DNA of 63,701 bases, the filler included, from Chiloscyllium plagiosum (taxonomy: Eukaryota), in the NCBI RefSeq assembly GCF_004010195.1. It is 4 parts of one record of this genome, joined end to end, with 100 filler letters (N's around TTAATTAATTAA, not from the genome) between each part and the next. Parts side by side here need not be neighbours in the genome. Positions count along the whole stretch, not along the records: positions 7,780 to 36,516 come from NC_057715.1; 3 more parts are not named here. One strand, given 5' to 3'. Position 1 is the stretch's first letter, and each line of letters opens with the position of its first letter. Below the pieces are notes generated by a model. That model was not told where the DNA came from, did no database searches, and saw only the letters and a program-made list of their open reading frames with translations. Positions 11,929-25,300 of the stretch are shown here, in pieces. A program made the translations under genes and the position numbers.

Positions 11929-13173
11929 GATACCTCAAAGGATATTGCTGGAAATAATCATCAAATATTTACAACATAGAAGGCCAATCAACTCTTTGAG
12001 TCTTTGCTGTTTCTGTGCAAGAACAATCAGCTAGTCCCACTTATTTGCCTTTTCTCCATAACCTTGCAATTTATTTTTTCTTATGTGCTTATTCAATGCC
12101 CCTTTGCAAGCTCCAGTAAAGTCTGCCTTTATCTTGTCACACCTTGTAGATTGTAAGCATTCATTGTGCAATATTAGATTTTTCTCATGTTTAGTCTTTA
12201 GAGGATAAATAATAGTTTGAATGACCTTCCCTTAGATGAACTCCAGAATGCAGCTTTTGAACCTAAAAGAGATATATTTAAGTAAAGATGCAAAATGAAT
12301 TGAAGCAAAACATTTGAGCATCATTCAAAGGACAGATGCTGTGTAGGGAGCCTATCTTACTATGGAAGAATAAACTTGATGCATTGAATTGCCTTCCTCT
12401 TCTTATACAAATGTGCCACACATTCCAAATTTTGGGCTATCGGTCTGTATGTTAAAATTAATAGGATGTTCATGGTTAGCAAACTTCACTAATCAGAAAC
12501 CAGTGATTAACTTCTTAATACTGTATGCTTCATCAGTTTCCTAAATTCAATTTGTATTCCAGTTTGACTGAATACTAGGATTAGCTTGCCTCCGTTCCTC
12601 TCTCTTGCTTTCTCTCAATTGCAAAACTAAACACTTACAAATCTAACAGCCAGATGGGCTGTGAAGAAAGAAAGAGAACTGCATAAGACAGAGACAGAGG
12701 AAGGAAACAACTGCCACCTTCTGCTCAGTTCAAAACTGGGCAAGATGATGCACTGGGCACAAAGCCACAGACCAACTAGTTAATGCATCCAGGGAGAATA
12801 TTTTAAAGTTCTCACCTGGTAATCAGACCACTCATTCAGAACTTCAAAAATAATACTGTTGAATGCCATCACTGTGCTGTCTTCCACAAAATCAAATAAT
12901 TGAAATACTTACATTCTTTCATTCTGTGATGCAGAGATCACGTTTTGTTGTTACTACAGAAAACCAGACATTGAGTGACAATGTTATGATTCATGTTAAT
13001 GGTCGGAAGTTGACATCAGAAATGAACAGCAACTATATACAATGTTAGAAAAGCATGGATGAAATACTGGTACACTTTTGATACTGTTGATGACTAAGTA
13101 CAGCTTGGTAAAATTACCTCCTTGATGATGAGTATTAAAAAGCTGATTACAGTAGTTGGTTAGTTTGAAAACT

Positions 13174-13216
13174 AGGAGAAAGTGAGGACTGCAGATGCTG
13201 GAGATCGGCACTACAC
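13174..13216 (-). mobile_element. Ultra-short (43 bp) PLE-end insertion with 13-bp TSD
   Basis: AGGAGAAAGTGAGGACTGCAGATGCTGGAGATC plus ~10 extra nt, flanked by TAGTTTGAAAACT (13161-73) / TAGATTGAAAACT (13217-29). Confidence 0.7.
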
Positions 13217-13301
13217 TAGATTGAAAACTGGGTGGCTGGCTTTTATGCGAGTGGGAGTCTCAAATATGCAATTTCAATATGCACAATAAGATTTGTTTAA
13301 T

Positions 13302-14073
13302 ACAAAAATAGAAGTTGCTGGAAAAGCTCAGCAAGTCGGCTGCATCTGTGAAGAGAAATTAAAAGATCAGGTGACCCTTCCTCAGAACTGAAGTTAGCTA
13401 GGAAAATGGCGGTTTATATGCAGAAGATAGGGTGGAGAGAAGGGATAGGTAGGGATAGAGACCAAAGAGAGAGAAGAACAGTTGGACAGACAAAAGGAGT
13501 TGATAAAGATCTGGCTGGGACGGTGAGTGGTTGTTAATGGAGACTGTTAGTGGCAGACTAAGTGATAGCTACAGTGAAGCTTAGCGCAAGCTGGAAGAAC
13601 AACACCTAATTTTCTGCTTGGGCACCCTGTAGCCCTCTGGACTCATATCAAGTTCAATAATTTTAGGGCCTGAACTCCCCAATTTCCTAGCCATCTATTA
13701 CACACACTAGGCCTTGTTATCACATAGTCTGCCGTTACACACTACCTATTGTTAGCCACTAACTGTCTCCATTAGCAGCTATTCACCCTCTCATCAGATT
13801 GTTATTGACTCCTTTGGTCTGTCCAGCTGTTTTTCTTTCTCTTTTGGCTCCATGCCTGCCTATCCTTTACTCCTTACCCCCTTCCACCTAACCCTGTCTG
13901 TTGCTAAAAAATCAACATTTTCCTAGACACCATCTGTTCTGAGAAAGGTTCACCACACCTGGAAAGTTCACTTTGACTTCTCTTCACTGATGCTGCCCAA
14001 TCTGCTGAGCTTTTCTGGCAACTTCTGTTTGTGTTTCTGATTTACAGCATCAGCAGTTCTTTTGGTTTTTATT
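13302..14073 (+). mobile_element. PLE (second family) with inverted arms and GIY-YIG C-terminal remnant
   Basis: Centre encodes RKLEEQHLIFCLGTL*PSGL..FNNFRA*, typical of a PLE ORF end. 13305-13560 is the reverse complement of ~13750-14030. TSD TAAGATTT(G/A)TTTAAT at 13287-301 / 14074-88. Confidence 0.75.
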
Positions 14074-15482
14074 TAAGATTTATTTAATGCTGTGTGACTG
14101 TATGTATGTTTGGGGTGAGAAAGGAGGAGGCAGTGATTAAGAAGGACATACATTCAACAATCAAAATGTGCCGAATTAATTCATTTTGGGGTGGTAGACT
14201 GATGCAATACATCCCATATTTCCTGGGTTGCGGGAGAAAAACGATACAACACTTCTTCTCTATCCATTGATGCTGCTAAAGTGCATATCTGAAGATGTTG
14301 AAAAAGATTGCTGTTGGCTGTGAGATCCTCCAAGTATAATCAAGTTAAACTTAAAGAAAAGCCACTGGGTAAACTTCCAAATAATGGCTGATACCTGTGA
14401 ATCTGTACTGCACATGCAATTAATGATTCAGAATACAGAAGAAAAGATTTGTGGGAAGAAAAATATCTATTTTAATATAAAAGCAATCTTATAAAAACAA
14501 TTCACCTTCTAATGAAACAAAAACAGAAAATGCTGGAAGCATTCAGCAGGTCAGATAGCATCTTGCCAATAGAAACAGTTAAAATTTCAGATTGATGATC
14601 TTTTGTCAAAACCATAAAAAAAAGGACACAACATTAAATTAATGCTATAATGAGGTCAGGTGCTGAGTGACCCTAGCAGAACCCACTGCGAGTTTCCAAT
14701 AGCAGATTATTGCTTCTTAGTAGCATTGCTGATGAGTCCTTCCACTATATTTGACTGATGATTGAGAGTTGACTGATGGAATGATTTTTGGCAAGATTAG
14801 TTTTGTGCCACTTTTTGCCTAGAGGACACATTGTTGGGTAGATACCAGTGTTGCAGCAGGACTGGGACAACTTGGTTAGTGGGGTAGCACAAGTCTCCAA
14901 TACTTTTGCCAGAATGCCATCAGGTACAATAAATTTTGTGAATAGAATAGGTATACCTGAGAATCATCTCAACCACGGTGGAAGGAAAGCCTCAATTGAG
15001 GAGAAAGAGATCTGTAAAATGCTTATCATTTGAAATATTCACTGATGTTTTTCTGTATAAATATTGTTAACGGGGATAAAATTTTAAAACTTTCTATTTA
15101 TACTTTCAATTCTAGCATGAAAGCATTTTCCTTTTGTACTTATGCTGCCAAGTCTCTGGAGGGGGACTTTGGATACATATGAGCAATGAATAGCAGGCTC
15201 CCGATCTGGAGGAGAAATCCTCTACTGACTTCTAATGAGAGCTCATTGATCTATTTCTCTTGCTCTAAATGCTATCTGTCCTTTTGAGTATGACCAGCAT
15301 TTTCAGATTTTATTTCAAATTTCCAGCATTTGAAGAATTTTGCTTTGGGTTTATTTCAGTATTCATGTGCTGCAGTGACAGAATGAAACTTTTAACTTTG
15401 AAGAGTAACGTACCAATTTTCACACTTGGATCTTCAATCTTTTAATACATATAAAGTATAAATGGTCCATTCCTAATTTCAT

Positions 15483-15805
15483 GCATGGTGGTTCAGTGGT
15501 TAGCACTGCTGTCTCTCAGCCCCAAGGAACCGGGTTTCATTCCAGTCTCAGGTGACTGTGTGAGTTTGCACATTCTCTCAACTGGTTGCTCCAGTTTCCT
15601 CCCACAATCCAAAGATGTGCAGTTTAGGCAAATTTGCTATGATAAATTGCCCACTGTATTCAGGGATGTTAGGTTAGGTGCATTAGTCTCTGGTAAATGT
15701 AGAGTAATAAGGTAGGGGAATTGGTCTGCATGGGTTACTCTTCGGAGAGTTGGTGTAGATCTATTGGGCCAAATTACCCGTTTCCACACTATAGGGACTG
15801 TACGC
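15483..15805 (+). mobile_element. HE1-type SINE immediately upstream of the MRPS9 promoter
   Basis: TGGTTCAGTGGTTAGCACTGCTG head, CAGTTTCCTCCCACAATCCAAAGATGTGCAG core and TTTCCACACT tail. Confidence 0.85.
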
Positions 15806-15809
15806 TAAA

Positions 15810-16096
15810 ATAAACGCGCATGCCCAGTTTATCCCTTACTATTACGGGAGCGTAACACGCATGCGCTGCGAATCCGGCCCGCCCACCCATTAATAGCTCA
15901 CTGCGCCTGCTCCAGGTCTTTTTGATTACTGTCCAATGACAATGGCTCATCTTCTAACAGAAAAGCACATTTACCCCGGTGAATACTGTAGAATGTTATT
16001 TTTTCAAAAATCAGTTCAGTGTCCAGCCCTTTTTCTTCATAATGCCGTTTGGGGTGAGAGGTTACCTGTCCCGCATGCGCACTGCTGACTTCAGTA
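15810..16096 (+). promoter_or_regulatory. MRPS9: MRPS9 proximal promoter / 5' UTR with NRF1-like, GC-box and CCAAT motifs
   Basis: Local CpG enrichment. NRF1-like GCGCATGC sites at 15815-25, 15857-66 and 16071-81, TGCGCCTGC at 15902-10, GC box at 15876-86, CCAAT at 15933-37, all directly upstream of the ATG. Confidence 0.75.
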
Positions 16097-16192
16097 ATGG
16101 CTGCTCGTGGCAGGAGGTTGTGTGCTTTTCTCCAGAGATGTTCCGGGTGTTCGATGGCGATGAATGTTCCTACTCCTGTCAGGATGTCCTTA
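16097..16192 (+). CDS. MRPS9: MRPS9 exon 1 (mitochondrial targeting peptide)
   Basis: MAARGRRLCAFLQRCSGCSMAMNVPTPVRMSL is Arg-rich with no acidic residues and ends at a phase-0 donor GTAAGT (16193) that matches the phase-0 acceptor of exon 2. Assigned by position, phase and composition rather than strong homology. Confidence 0.75.
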
Positions 16193-16324
16193 GTAAGTGC
16201 TCGGTTTTAATGGTTTTCGTGGCCATGTGTAGCGCGGAATCAGACACTTTTAGTTTTCGGGGGAAGAGAAACATTCCAAAGTCGGCTGCTCCTGATCTGT
16301 TTACTCACTTCGTTCCCACCTTTA

Positions 16325-17125
16325 ATAGAAATGACATCGGATAGAGGGAGGGGCTCATCCTGTCCATGCCGACCCAAAAAGACACATGCCCTTCTAATCC
16401 CATTCTCTTGTACATCGCCCATAGTCCTGCAGCTTATAGCACTTAAAATGTAGATCCACGTGCATCTTAAGAGTTTGGGTTTCTGTCTCCACCACGAACT
16501 CAAGCAGCGAATTCCAGCCACCCACCCCACCCTCTGCATAAAAAAAAAGTTTTTCCTCACGTCCCCTCTAAATCCTTCTGCCATTTAGTTTGAACTTATG
16601 ACCCCTGATTTTGGAACTCTGTCAAGTGAAATAGGTTCCTCCTGTCTACTGTATTTCTATCCCTCACAATTTTATACAACTCAATCATGTCACTCCTTCT
16701 GTGTTCCAAGGAAAACAAACCCAACCTCGCCAATCTCTCCTCATAGCTACAGTTCTCCAGTTATGACAACATTCTAGTAATTCTTCTCTGCACTGTCTCT
16801 AGAGAAATTATGCACTTCCTGTAATGTGATGACCAGAACTGCACGCTCACTGGTGTCTTGCACAGTTTCATTATATCCCAGTTTTTGTATCTAGTATTTC
16901 TGCCAATGAAAGGGCATTCCATATGCCTTTTTTTTTAAACAACCTTATCTACCTGTACTGCTACCTTTTAAGGACCTGTGCATTTACACACCAAGATCAC
17001 TCACTTCATCACCTCTCAGTAAACTTCAGTTCATTGTGTATTCTCTTTTACAGTTTGGTCTCCCTGTATGTATTACCTCACACTTATCAGAGTTGAACTC
17101 CATCAGTCACTTTCCTGTCCACTTT
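16325..17125 (-). mobile_element. CR1 LINE 3' portion
   Basis: Minus strand encodes RGDVRKNFF.QRV..W..L and has a CR1-type 3' UTR. Confidence 0.75.
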
Positions 17126-17167
17126 CTAATGTTGACAGAATTGTGATCCTGTTGTAGTTCTTTCAAC

Positions 17168-17390
17168 TCGGAGAAAATGAGGACTGCAGATGCTGGAGAT
17201 CAGAGTCGAAGAGTATGGTGCTGGAAAAGCACAGTCAGTTACGCAGCATCCAAGGAGCAGGAGAACTGACATTTCAGACATAAACCCTTCAGGAATTCCT
17301 GATGAAGGGCTTATGCCTGAAATGTCGATTCTCCTGCTTCTTGGCTGCTGTCTGACTGGCTGTGCAATTCCAGCACCACACTCTTCAACA
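17168..17390. mobile_element. Fold-back PLE-derived insertion with degenerate hammerhead and 13-bp TSD
   Basis: Inverted arms meet at TCAGGAATTCCTGA, with CTGATGAAGGGCTTATGCCTGAAATGTC. TSD TAGTTCTTTCAAC at 17155-67 / 17391-403. Confidence 0.8.
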
Positions 17391-17429
17391 TAGTTCTTTC
17401 AACCCCCTGAGTTGTAACATCGCTGTCTC

Positions 17430-18290
17430 AAACTACAATCCAGAAATTTTGAGCACAAGTGCTCAGAGAGTCTTGCACCAAGAGTGTGCTCTTGGATGAG
17501 ATATTAAATTCAGGCTTCGTCTAACTTCTAGTAAAAGATTCCACCCTCAATGTTCTATCAATGGCAAGGGAATTTTACTGCAGTCTGGTATTTGTGGGGA
17601 GGCAAATGCTGGTACCATGTTCTTTTCCCTAACTGGGTCTAAGGGTGAAAATAGAGTTAAAGTTTTGAGTCTGGTGACTTTTCTTCAGAACTGAAAAGTC
17701 ATTGGATTCGAAACTTTAACTCTGCTTTCTCCTCACAGATGCTGCCAGACCTGCTGAGTTTTGGCAGCAGTGTCTGTTTTTGTTTCAGAGTTCCAGCATC
17801 CATAGTTCTTTGTTTTATATTATTTTCTAAAGTGTATTAGTTTATAGTGATTGAGGATCAATCACTGTTGAATCTTGACAAGAGGCTCTTATCCTAACAA
17901 GATGCAATTCATTACATGAGAGCAATTGGGGACTGGTTACATTGTCTTAGTAACAATGACAAACAAACGAGGAAACCTGTCAATATAGTATTCACTCCAT
18001 GACCTTCAAAGATGTTCTATCTTATCCCCACCCAAGCTAGTTTGACATCATCTGATTAAAGTATAATGCAACTTCCAACATTAACTCTTTGAGAATAATT
18101 CTTACACAACAGTATCCTGATGAATATCGCAAAAATGACTTGCTGGTCTTTTAAGTTCTGTGTTTCTTTTTCCCTCTGTTTAACTGATTTCCTACATTGC
18201 AACATTTATAAAAGATACAATTCATTTGTTGTGAAATAGTTTAGAATGCCCCACAAAGAGAAAAATGCTACACAACTTTAGGTTCTTCCA
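17430..18290 (+). mobile_element. Fragmented SacSINE1/DeuSINE-like element with a PLE fold-back insertion (~17640-17820)
   Basis: Deu-domain-like GGATGAGATATTAAA..GTAAAAGATTCCA and tail TTTCCTACATTGCAACA..TTCATTTGTTGTGAAA. Confidence 0.45.
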
Positions 18291-19409
18291 CTTTTACCTG
18301 TGCTGAACCAGCCAGTGCAACATCAGAAACTTGACATTGTCACCATGTGTTCCCCAGAGATCTATTTTTGTCGTATTTACATATTGCATCTTACTGCTGT
18401 CTGAAAACAGGAAATCTGCTCAGATCCACGTAGTAAGACCTTGTTCTGTCTCTGACAGTGATATACTGCCATTGCCTTTCCTGTCTTTAATATTTGTGTG
18501 TAAAATCCTTGTTATTAGTAGAAATCCAGTGTAAGAAATGGGTGGTACTTTCCCAATGAACGACAGTGATTCAGTTAGTTTGTAATGATAAGAGACCCAT
18601 TGGAATCAGCATTAACTCTATTTCTCCCTCCACAGGTACTGCTGACTCTGCTATGCTTCTCTAGCACTTTATTTTGATTTCAGATTTGCACTATTTTGCT
18701 TTTTGTTTTCAAATAAAATCTGACAGTCATTTTGTACAGTGCCCTAGAATGAAAGGGTTATCTGATGAGGAAAAGTTGGTCAGGGTGGGCATATATCTTT
18801 TCTAAGTTTAGAAGAAGAAAGGTGATCTTTTGAATCATTACGATCCTGAGAGGACTTGAAATGGTGGATTCTGAGAAGATATTTTCTCTTGTGGGAGACA
18901 CTGGAACACTGGGTCTCCTATTTAAGATGCTGCAGATAGCAAGCAGGAGGACACGTGCTCTGTAGTGCTGAGACTGATGTATGCATCAGAATTTATATAA
19001 AAAGGATACGGTGGTCCTTGTGTGATTGCAGGAGCTCAGTATAATCAGTGTATGACCAGAAAATATGGATGGCAGGCAAATATATTTGATAAAATAATAA
19101 GAGGAGGTTAAGTAATCAATTCTTTAAAGTTTATGTTGAGTAGCCATTTTAAAATTTGTATGGATCTGCTTGTTAAATATTGAGTACTAGTAAGCATTCT
19201 GTAATTGGTCAAAAAGTTGTGCATGAAGCAACAGGAAGTACTGGAGCAGGGAAATATATTTTGGTTGCTTTTGTGCTTAGTATTATTTGCTCACAAAAGT
19301 TGTTGCTATTAGGGAAGTTGTGTTTTGCTGTAATTTGGTTTGCTGAATGCATACAAAGGAGTAACTTTTGATTTGTTGGCTTAATTGAGCACAGCAGTTT
19401 CTTCGCTAA

Positions 19410-19590
19410 ACTAAAAAAAATCAGAACTGCAGATGTTGGAAATCAAAAACAACAACAGAAATTGGAAGGAAAACTCAGCAGGTTTGGCAGCATCTGTGGA
19501 GAGAGAGCATAGTTAATGTTTTGGGTCCAGTGACCCTCCTTCAGTTCTCCACAGATGCAGCTTGCAGTGTTTGTCCAGCAATTTTTGTTG
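19410..19590. mobile_element. PLE-derived end (second family) with degenerate hammerhead
   Basis: AGAACTGCAGATGTTGGAAATC..CTCAGCAGGTTTGGCAGCATCTGTGGAGAGA..GGGTCCAGTGACCC, followed by a short inverted arm. Confidence 0.55.
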
Positions 19591-19699
19591 TTGCAGCGTT
19601 TTTTGTGTCCATTTCTGGTCTATGAAACCAGACAAACCAACTGCTGTTCACTTGGGCATCAAAAATAATCCCTGCCCATTTGACACTCCAATGTAGTCG

Positions 19700-20030
19700 T
19701 AGAGTCGCACAATACGGAAGCAGACCTTTTGGTCCAACCAATCCATGCCAAGCATAATCCGAAATGAAACTAGTCCCACCTGCCTGCTTTGGGCCCATAA
19801 CCCTCCGAACCTTTGCTAATCATGTATCCATCCAAATGTCTTTTGAACATTGTAGTTGTACCTGCATCCACCGCTTCCTCAGGAAGTTCGTTCTACACAT
19901 GAACCACTCTTAGGTAAAAAAAATTTGTCTCACGTCTTTTTTTTTTAAAATCGCTCTGCTCTCACCTTAAAACTCCCTAGTCTTGAAATTCCCCATCTTA
20001 GTGAAAAGACAACTACCATCAATTCTATTT
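19700..20030 (-). mobile_element. CR1/HER1 LINE 3' end
   Basis: Reverse of the GGATACATG..GGCCCAAAGCAGGCAGGTGGGACTAGT tail. Confidence 0.7.
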
Positions 20031-20236
20031 ATGCAAAATGTGTATCAAAATTGGGAAAGGTATCCCACTGATTAGAGCAATATGACTATGTTAGGGTGTT
20101 CCTTGCTAAATCACACTTTCCAGCTAATGTCCAGACCCGTCCATCACCATCTCTGGATACATCTTGTCCCATTGGTTGGACAGGTAGCATTAGACAGTGA
20201 TATACAATCAGCTGGGGCTGGGGCTGGTGCTGGGAG

Positions 20237-21852
20237 TCATAGAGTCATAGAGATGTACAGGATGGAAACAGACCCTTTGGTCCAACTTGTCCATGCCAAG
20301 CAGATATCCCAACCAAACCTAGTCCTATCTGTCAGCACCTGGCCTGTATTCCTCCAAACCCTTCGTATTCAGATACCCATCCAGATGCTTTTTAAATGTT
20401 GCAGTTGTACCAGCCTCCACTTCCTCTGGCAGCTCATTCCATGCGCGTACCACCCTCTGCATGGAAAAGTTGCTCCTTAGGTCTCTTTTATCTTTCCCCT
20501 CTCACCCTAAACCTATGCCCTCTAGTTCTGGACTCCCCCACCCCAGGGAAAATACTTTGACTATTTATCCTATCCATGCCCCCTCCTGATTTTATAAACC
20601 TCTATAAGGTCACCCCTCAGTCTCTGACACTCCAGGAATAGCAGTCCTAGACTATTCAACCTCACCCGATAGCTCAAATCCTCCAACCCTGGCAACATCC
20701 TTGTAAATCTTTTCTGAGCCCTTTCAAATTTCAAAACATCTTTCCAATACTTTCAAGGAGCTATGAACCTGCACTCCAAGGTCTCTTTGTCCAGCAACAT
20801 TCCCTAGGACCTTACCATTAAGTGTATACGTCCTGCTAAGATTTGCTTACCCAAAATGCAGCACCTCGCATTTTTCTAAACTAAACTCCATCTCATATTC
20901 CTCAGCCCATTGTCTCATCTGATCAAGATCTTGCTGAAATGTGAGGTAACCTTCTTTGCTGTTCACTACACCTACAATTTTGGTGTCATTTGCAAACTTA
21001 TTAACAATACCTCTTGTGCTTACATCCAAATCACTTAAATAAATGAAGAAAAGTAGAGGACCCAGAGCTGATCCTTATGACGCTGCACTGGTCACAGGTC
21101 TCCAGTCTGAAAAACAACCCTCCACTACCATCCTCTGTCTTCTATCTTAGAGCCAGTTCTGTATCCAAGTGGCTAGTTCTCCCTGTATTCTGCGAGATCT
21201 AACCTTGCGAACCAGATTCCCATGGGGAACCTTGTTGAAGGCCTTACTGAAGTCCATATAGATCACGTCTCCCACTCTGCCCTCATCAATCCTCATTGTT
21301 ACTTCTTCGAAAAACTCAGTCAGGTTTGTGAGTCATGATTTTCCATGCACAAAGCCATGTTGACTATCCCTAATCAGGCTCTGCCTTTCCAAATATGTGT
21401 ACATCCTGTCCCTCCGGATTCCCTCCAACAACCTGCCCACCATCGACGTCAGGCTCACTGGTCTATAGTTCCCTGGCTTGTCCTTACCACCTTTCTTAAA
21501 AATTCTGTATTATGGATATTTTTCAAGATGTCACCATCTATTTCCCTACATTCTATGTTTGCCATGTCCTTTTCCACAGTAAACACTGACGCAAAATACC
21601 CATTTAGTATCTTCCCCCATCTCCTGTGGCTCCACAAAAAGGCTGCCTTGCTGATCTTTTGAGGGGCCCAATTCTCTCCCAAGTTACCCTTTTGTCCTTT
21701 AATGTATTAGTAAAAATCCTTTGAATTCTCCTTAACTCTATTTGCCAAAGCTCTCTCCTGTCCCCTTTTGCCCTCCTGAATTCCCTCTTAAGTCTACTCC
21801 TTCTGCCTTTATACTCTTCTTAGGATTCACTCGATCTATTCTGACATATGCT
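20237..21852 (-). mobile_element. CR1/HER1 LINE, 5'-truncated with internal deletion
   Basis: Minus strand has FANDTK, MDFSKAFNKVPHG and ENPK-like motifs, with a (CTATGACT)n tail at 20237. Confidence 0.85.
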
Positions 21853-22396
21853 TTCTTGGGTTCTTGATTTTTGGCTCTGCTTCGTACATCGCAACATCAT
21901 GTCAAACATGGGCAAGAAAATATCCTGATTGCTAACTGTTTCTCTCTATGCTGGACCTCATTTAGAAGATGTACTTAGGTTACCAAGAGCACAATGTGCT
22001 TTAGACAGGGATTTTTTTAATAGATATTTTTATTAGAAATTTAACATTTTGACAAGTTTACAAAAGTAAACAAAACTCTCAAGTACAAACATTGATATAC
22101 AATTAAATCTTAAATATATAATAACCAAAATTTAACAAAAGAAAAATACCGAGAAAGAAAAAAAAAACAAAACTCAACTAACTATTAATCTAACCTACAA
22201 CTAACCAGAGTATATATTTAAGTCTCTTACATTATTTAAATAAGAGAAAGAGGAGAAAAAACAACAAAAAAACAACGGATAACATAGAAATTGGGTAGTG
22301 AGATACATGCTCGAAATGTGTTAACATCAAATGTAACAAAACCCGTATTCGTGCAGGATTCCTCTCCCAAGGGGCCAGCCAGGTTCGTAATCTCAA

Positions 22397-25300
22397 TTAA
22401 ATAAAAGCCCTTGTTAGGATAGCCAAAATATCTGTATTCATATAATTCAAGAAGGGCTGCCATATTTTATAAAATAATTCGGTCTTTTGTGCACCATATT
22501 TGTAAGGAAGTCAAGGGGAATACATTCCATAATTAATCTGTGCCAATTTGAAAGTCCAGGGGGGCCCTCAGCCACCCAGTTTACCAAATTATTTTTCCTT
22601 GCACAGAAAGAGAGAATAGAAAATAGTCTCTTCCCATGCATATCCAGGGAGGGAAAGTTCGAAAAGCCCAAAAGGAGAGATACAGGGTCCACTTCCGTTC
22701 CTAAAATTTCTGTCAGGGTACTTGCTACTTTAGTCCAGTACCTATGGACCGGTCATAAGATCCGTAGATAATGTACAAGAATGACCACCTCTGTTTTACA
22801 TTTGGGACACATTGGAGATGCTTCTGCCTTAAATTTTGCCAATCGATCTGTTGCTATATGGGCCCTATGAAGTATCTTCAACTGGATAGCCTGAGTTCTG
22901 TTACAGATGGTGATTCTTCTGGCGTTTTCCCAAATGTCATTCCACGTTTCTATAGAGATTTCTAGTCCCAATTCCAGATCCCAAGTTTTAAGCAGATTGT
23001 CCATATCTCCCAATACTTCATCATGTAGTAAATGATAAATAGTACTGATGGAGGATACCCCCATTGGTCGTAGTACTCTACATTCTCTATCTGATTTATA
23101 AAGACTATCTAATAACGTAGTCTTCTTCTGTATATAATCTCGAATTTGGAAGTATCGATAGAGGTCTCCATTAGGTAATCCGAATTTCTGACGCAGCTGT
23201 TCAAAAGACATCAGAACCCATCTTTAAATAGGTCCCCTAGACATGATACCCCTGGATCTCCAGAGTTTAAAAGTGGCATCTGTAAACCCCGGTTGAAATC
23301 CCCATGCTCCCACTATGTGAGTTGCCCTCATTTTGCCGCATTATATTCCAAGCTTTAATTGTGTTTAGTATTATAGGGTTTTTACAATGATCCGTAATGA
23401 TTTTCCTCTTGTCTGAAAAATAAAAGGTTAATAAGTGGGCATTTTACTTGAGAAGCCTTGATGTCCAGCCAGATTGGGTCTTGTCTGATCCACAATTAAT
23501 CAGCTATGTAACTTAATAGGGAACTTAACTGATATTTCCTAAAATCTGTGATGTCCAATCCTCCCCTTGCCTGTGGCAGCCGTAGCTTCTTCAGCTTAAT
23601 GAGGGGCCGTCTATGATTCCAAATAAAGGAACCCAGCCAGCCATATAATTTACGTAGTGCCAGCCTCGGCAGCATCACCGGAAGCATTCTCATAGGATAT
23701 AGGAAACTGGGCAGGACATTCATTTTAATTAGTGCTATTCTACCCAGCCAGGAAATTGGAAGGTCTCCCCATCGCTGGAGGTCCTGCCTTATCCTCTCCA
23801 GTAAATGCACAAAGTTAGCCTTGTATAACTGACCAAATGCTGGGGTAATAAAAATGCCTGAATATAAGAAACCCTCCAGGGACCAACAAAAGGGAAAATG
23901 GGATCCGTCCACTAAGTGGGGTATCATAGCAAGGCCACCCATTGGCATAGCCTCCGATTTTGAGAAATTAATTTTATAGCCTGAGAATGCGCTACATGTA
24001 TTATTAACTTGGATTAAGCGAGGTACGGACATCAGAGGATTACTGAGGAATAGAAGAACATCATCTGCATAAAGGGTAATTTTATGTTTACCTGTACCAA
24101 TCCTCAGGGCCGTTATATTAGGATCAGCCCGTAAAGCTTCTGCTAGTGGTTCAATTATTAGCGTAAATAACAATGGCGAGAGAGGACATCCCTGACGGCA
24201 GCCCCTACCCACACTAAAGCTATCCGAACCTAATCCATTGGTAACCACAACTGCTTTGGGATCACTATACAATGTTGAGACCCATTTGGTAAACACCTTT
24301 CCAACGCCAAACCTTTCCAATGTGTAAAACAAATATGACCATTCAACCCTATCGAATGCCTTTTCCTCGTCTAATGAAACTACTACTCCTGGTATCTTTC
24401 CCTGATGGCAGGCTTGGATCATATTCAAAACCCTTCTAATATTATTGGATGATCTACAGGCCTGAATAAACTCCGTCTGATCCTCTTTTATGATATGTGG
24501 CAGTACCCTTTCTAGTCTCAATGCTAATGTTTTAGAAAGGATTTTAAAATCTACATTTAGCAAGGATATTGATCTGTATGATGCACAATCTTCTGGATCC
24601 TTTCCTTTTTTAAGGATAAGAGAGAGATTTGCCTCTGTCAGCGAAGGCGGGAGAGAACCCTGACTATATGCATAGTTATACATGTCCATAAGTGGACCAG
24701 CCAATATTTCTGTAAATTCTTTATAGAATTCAGCTTGAAAACCATTTGGGCCAGGTGCCTTACCGCTCTGAAGTTGACTGATTGCATCAAGTATTTCTTG
24801 GGCTGTTAGGGGAGCATTTAAGACCGATACCTGTTCCGGAGTTAGGCCCGGAAAGGTCAAATTTTTAAAAAATGATTGCATCCTCCTAGTCCTGTCTTCA
24901 CAATCCTGCGATTTATATAAATCAGAATAAAATTTTCTAAAGATTGCACTAATCCTTTTATGATCATGAGTCAAAATACCTATACTTTCCTTGATAGACG
25001 TGATAGTTTGAGGGGCCTTTTTTTTTCTTTGCAAGAAATGCTAAGTATCTACCCGGTTTGTCGCCAAATTCATATAACCTTTGTTTTGCGAATAATATTT
25101 CCCTCTTAGCCGTTTGGGTAAGCATAGTGTTTCGAGCAGTCCTAAGGGCCGTAATCCTTTGCAATTTGAAGATAGAAGATCTATCAGCGTATGCTGTTTC
25201 AGCTGCTTTTAAGCGAGCTTCGAGCAACCGCTGTTGTTCTCCCTTTAATTTTTTCTGGGTCGCTGAGTAGGAGATGATCAAACCTCACGTGTAAGCTGTG

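Noticed and set aside
15979..16344. 121-aa ORF / MFRVFDGDECSYSCQDVL as the first exon
   Set aside because: That frame would leave the GTAAGT donor in phase 1, incompatible with phase-0 exon 2. The MAARGRR frame fits the phase and looks like a transit peptide.
23496..25034. 512-aa ORF as a functional or domesticated reverse transcriptase gene
   Set aside because: It is the longest surviving piece of a frameshifted L1 ORF2 inside a TSD-bounded element.
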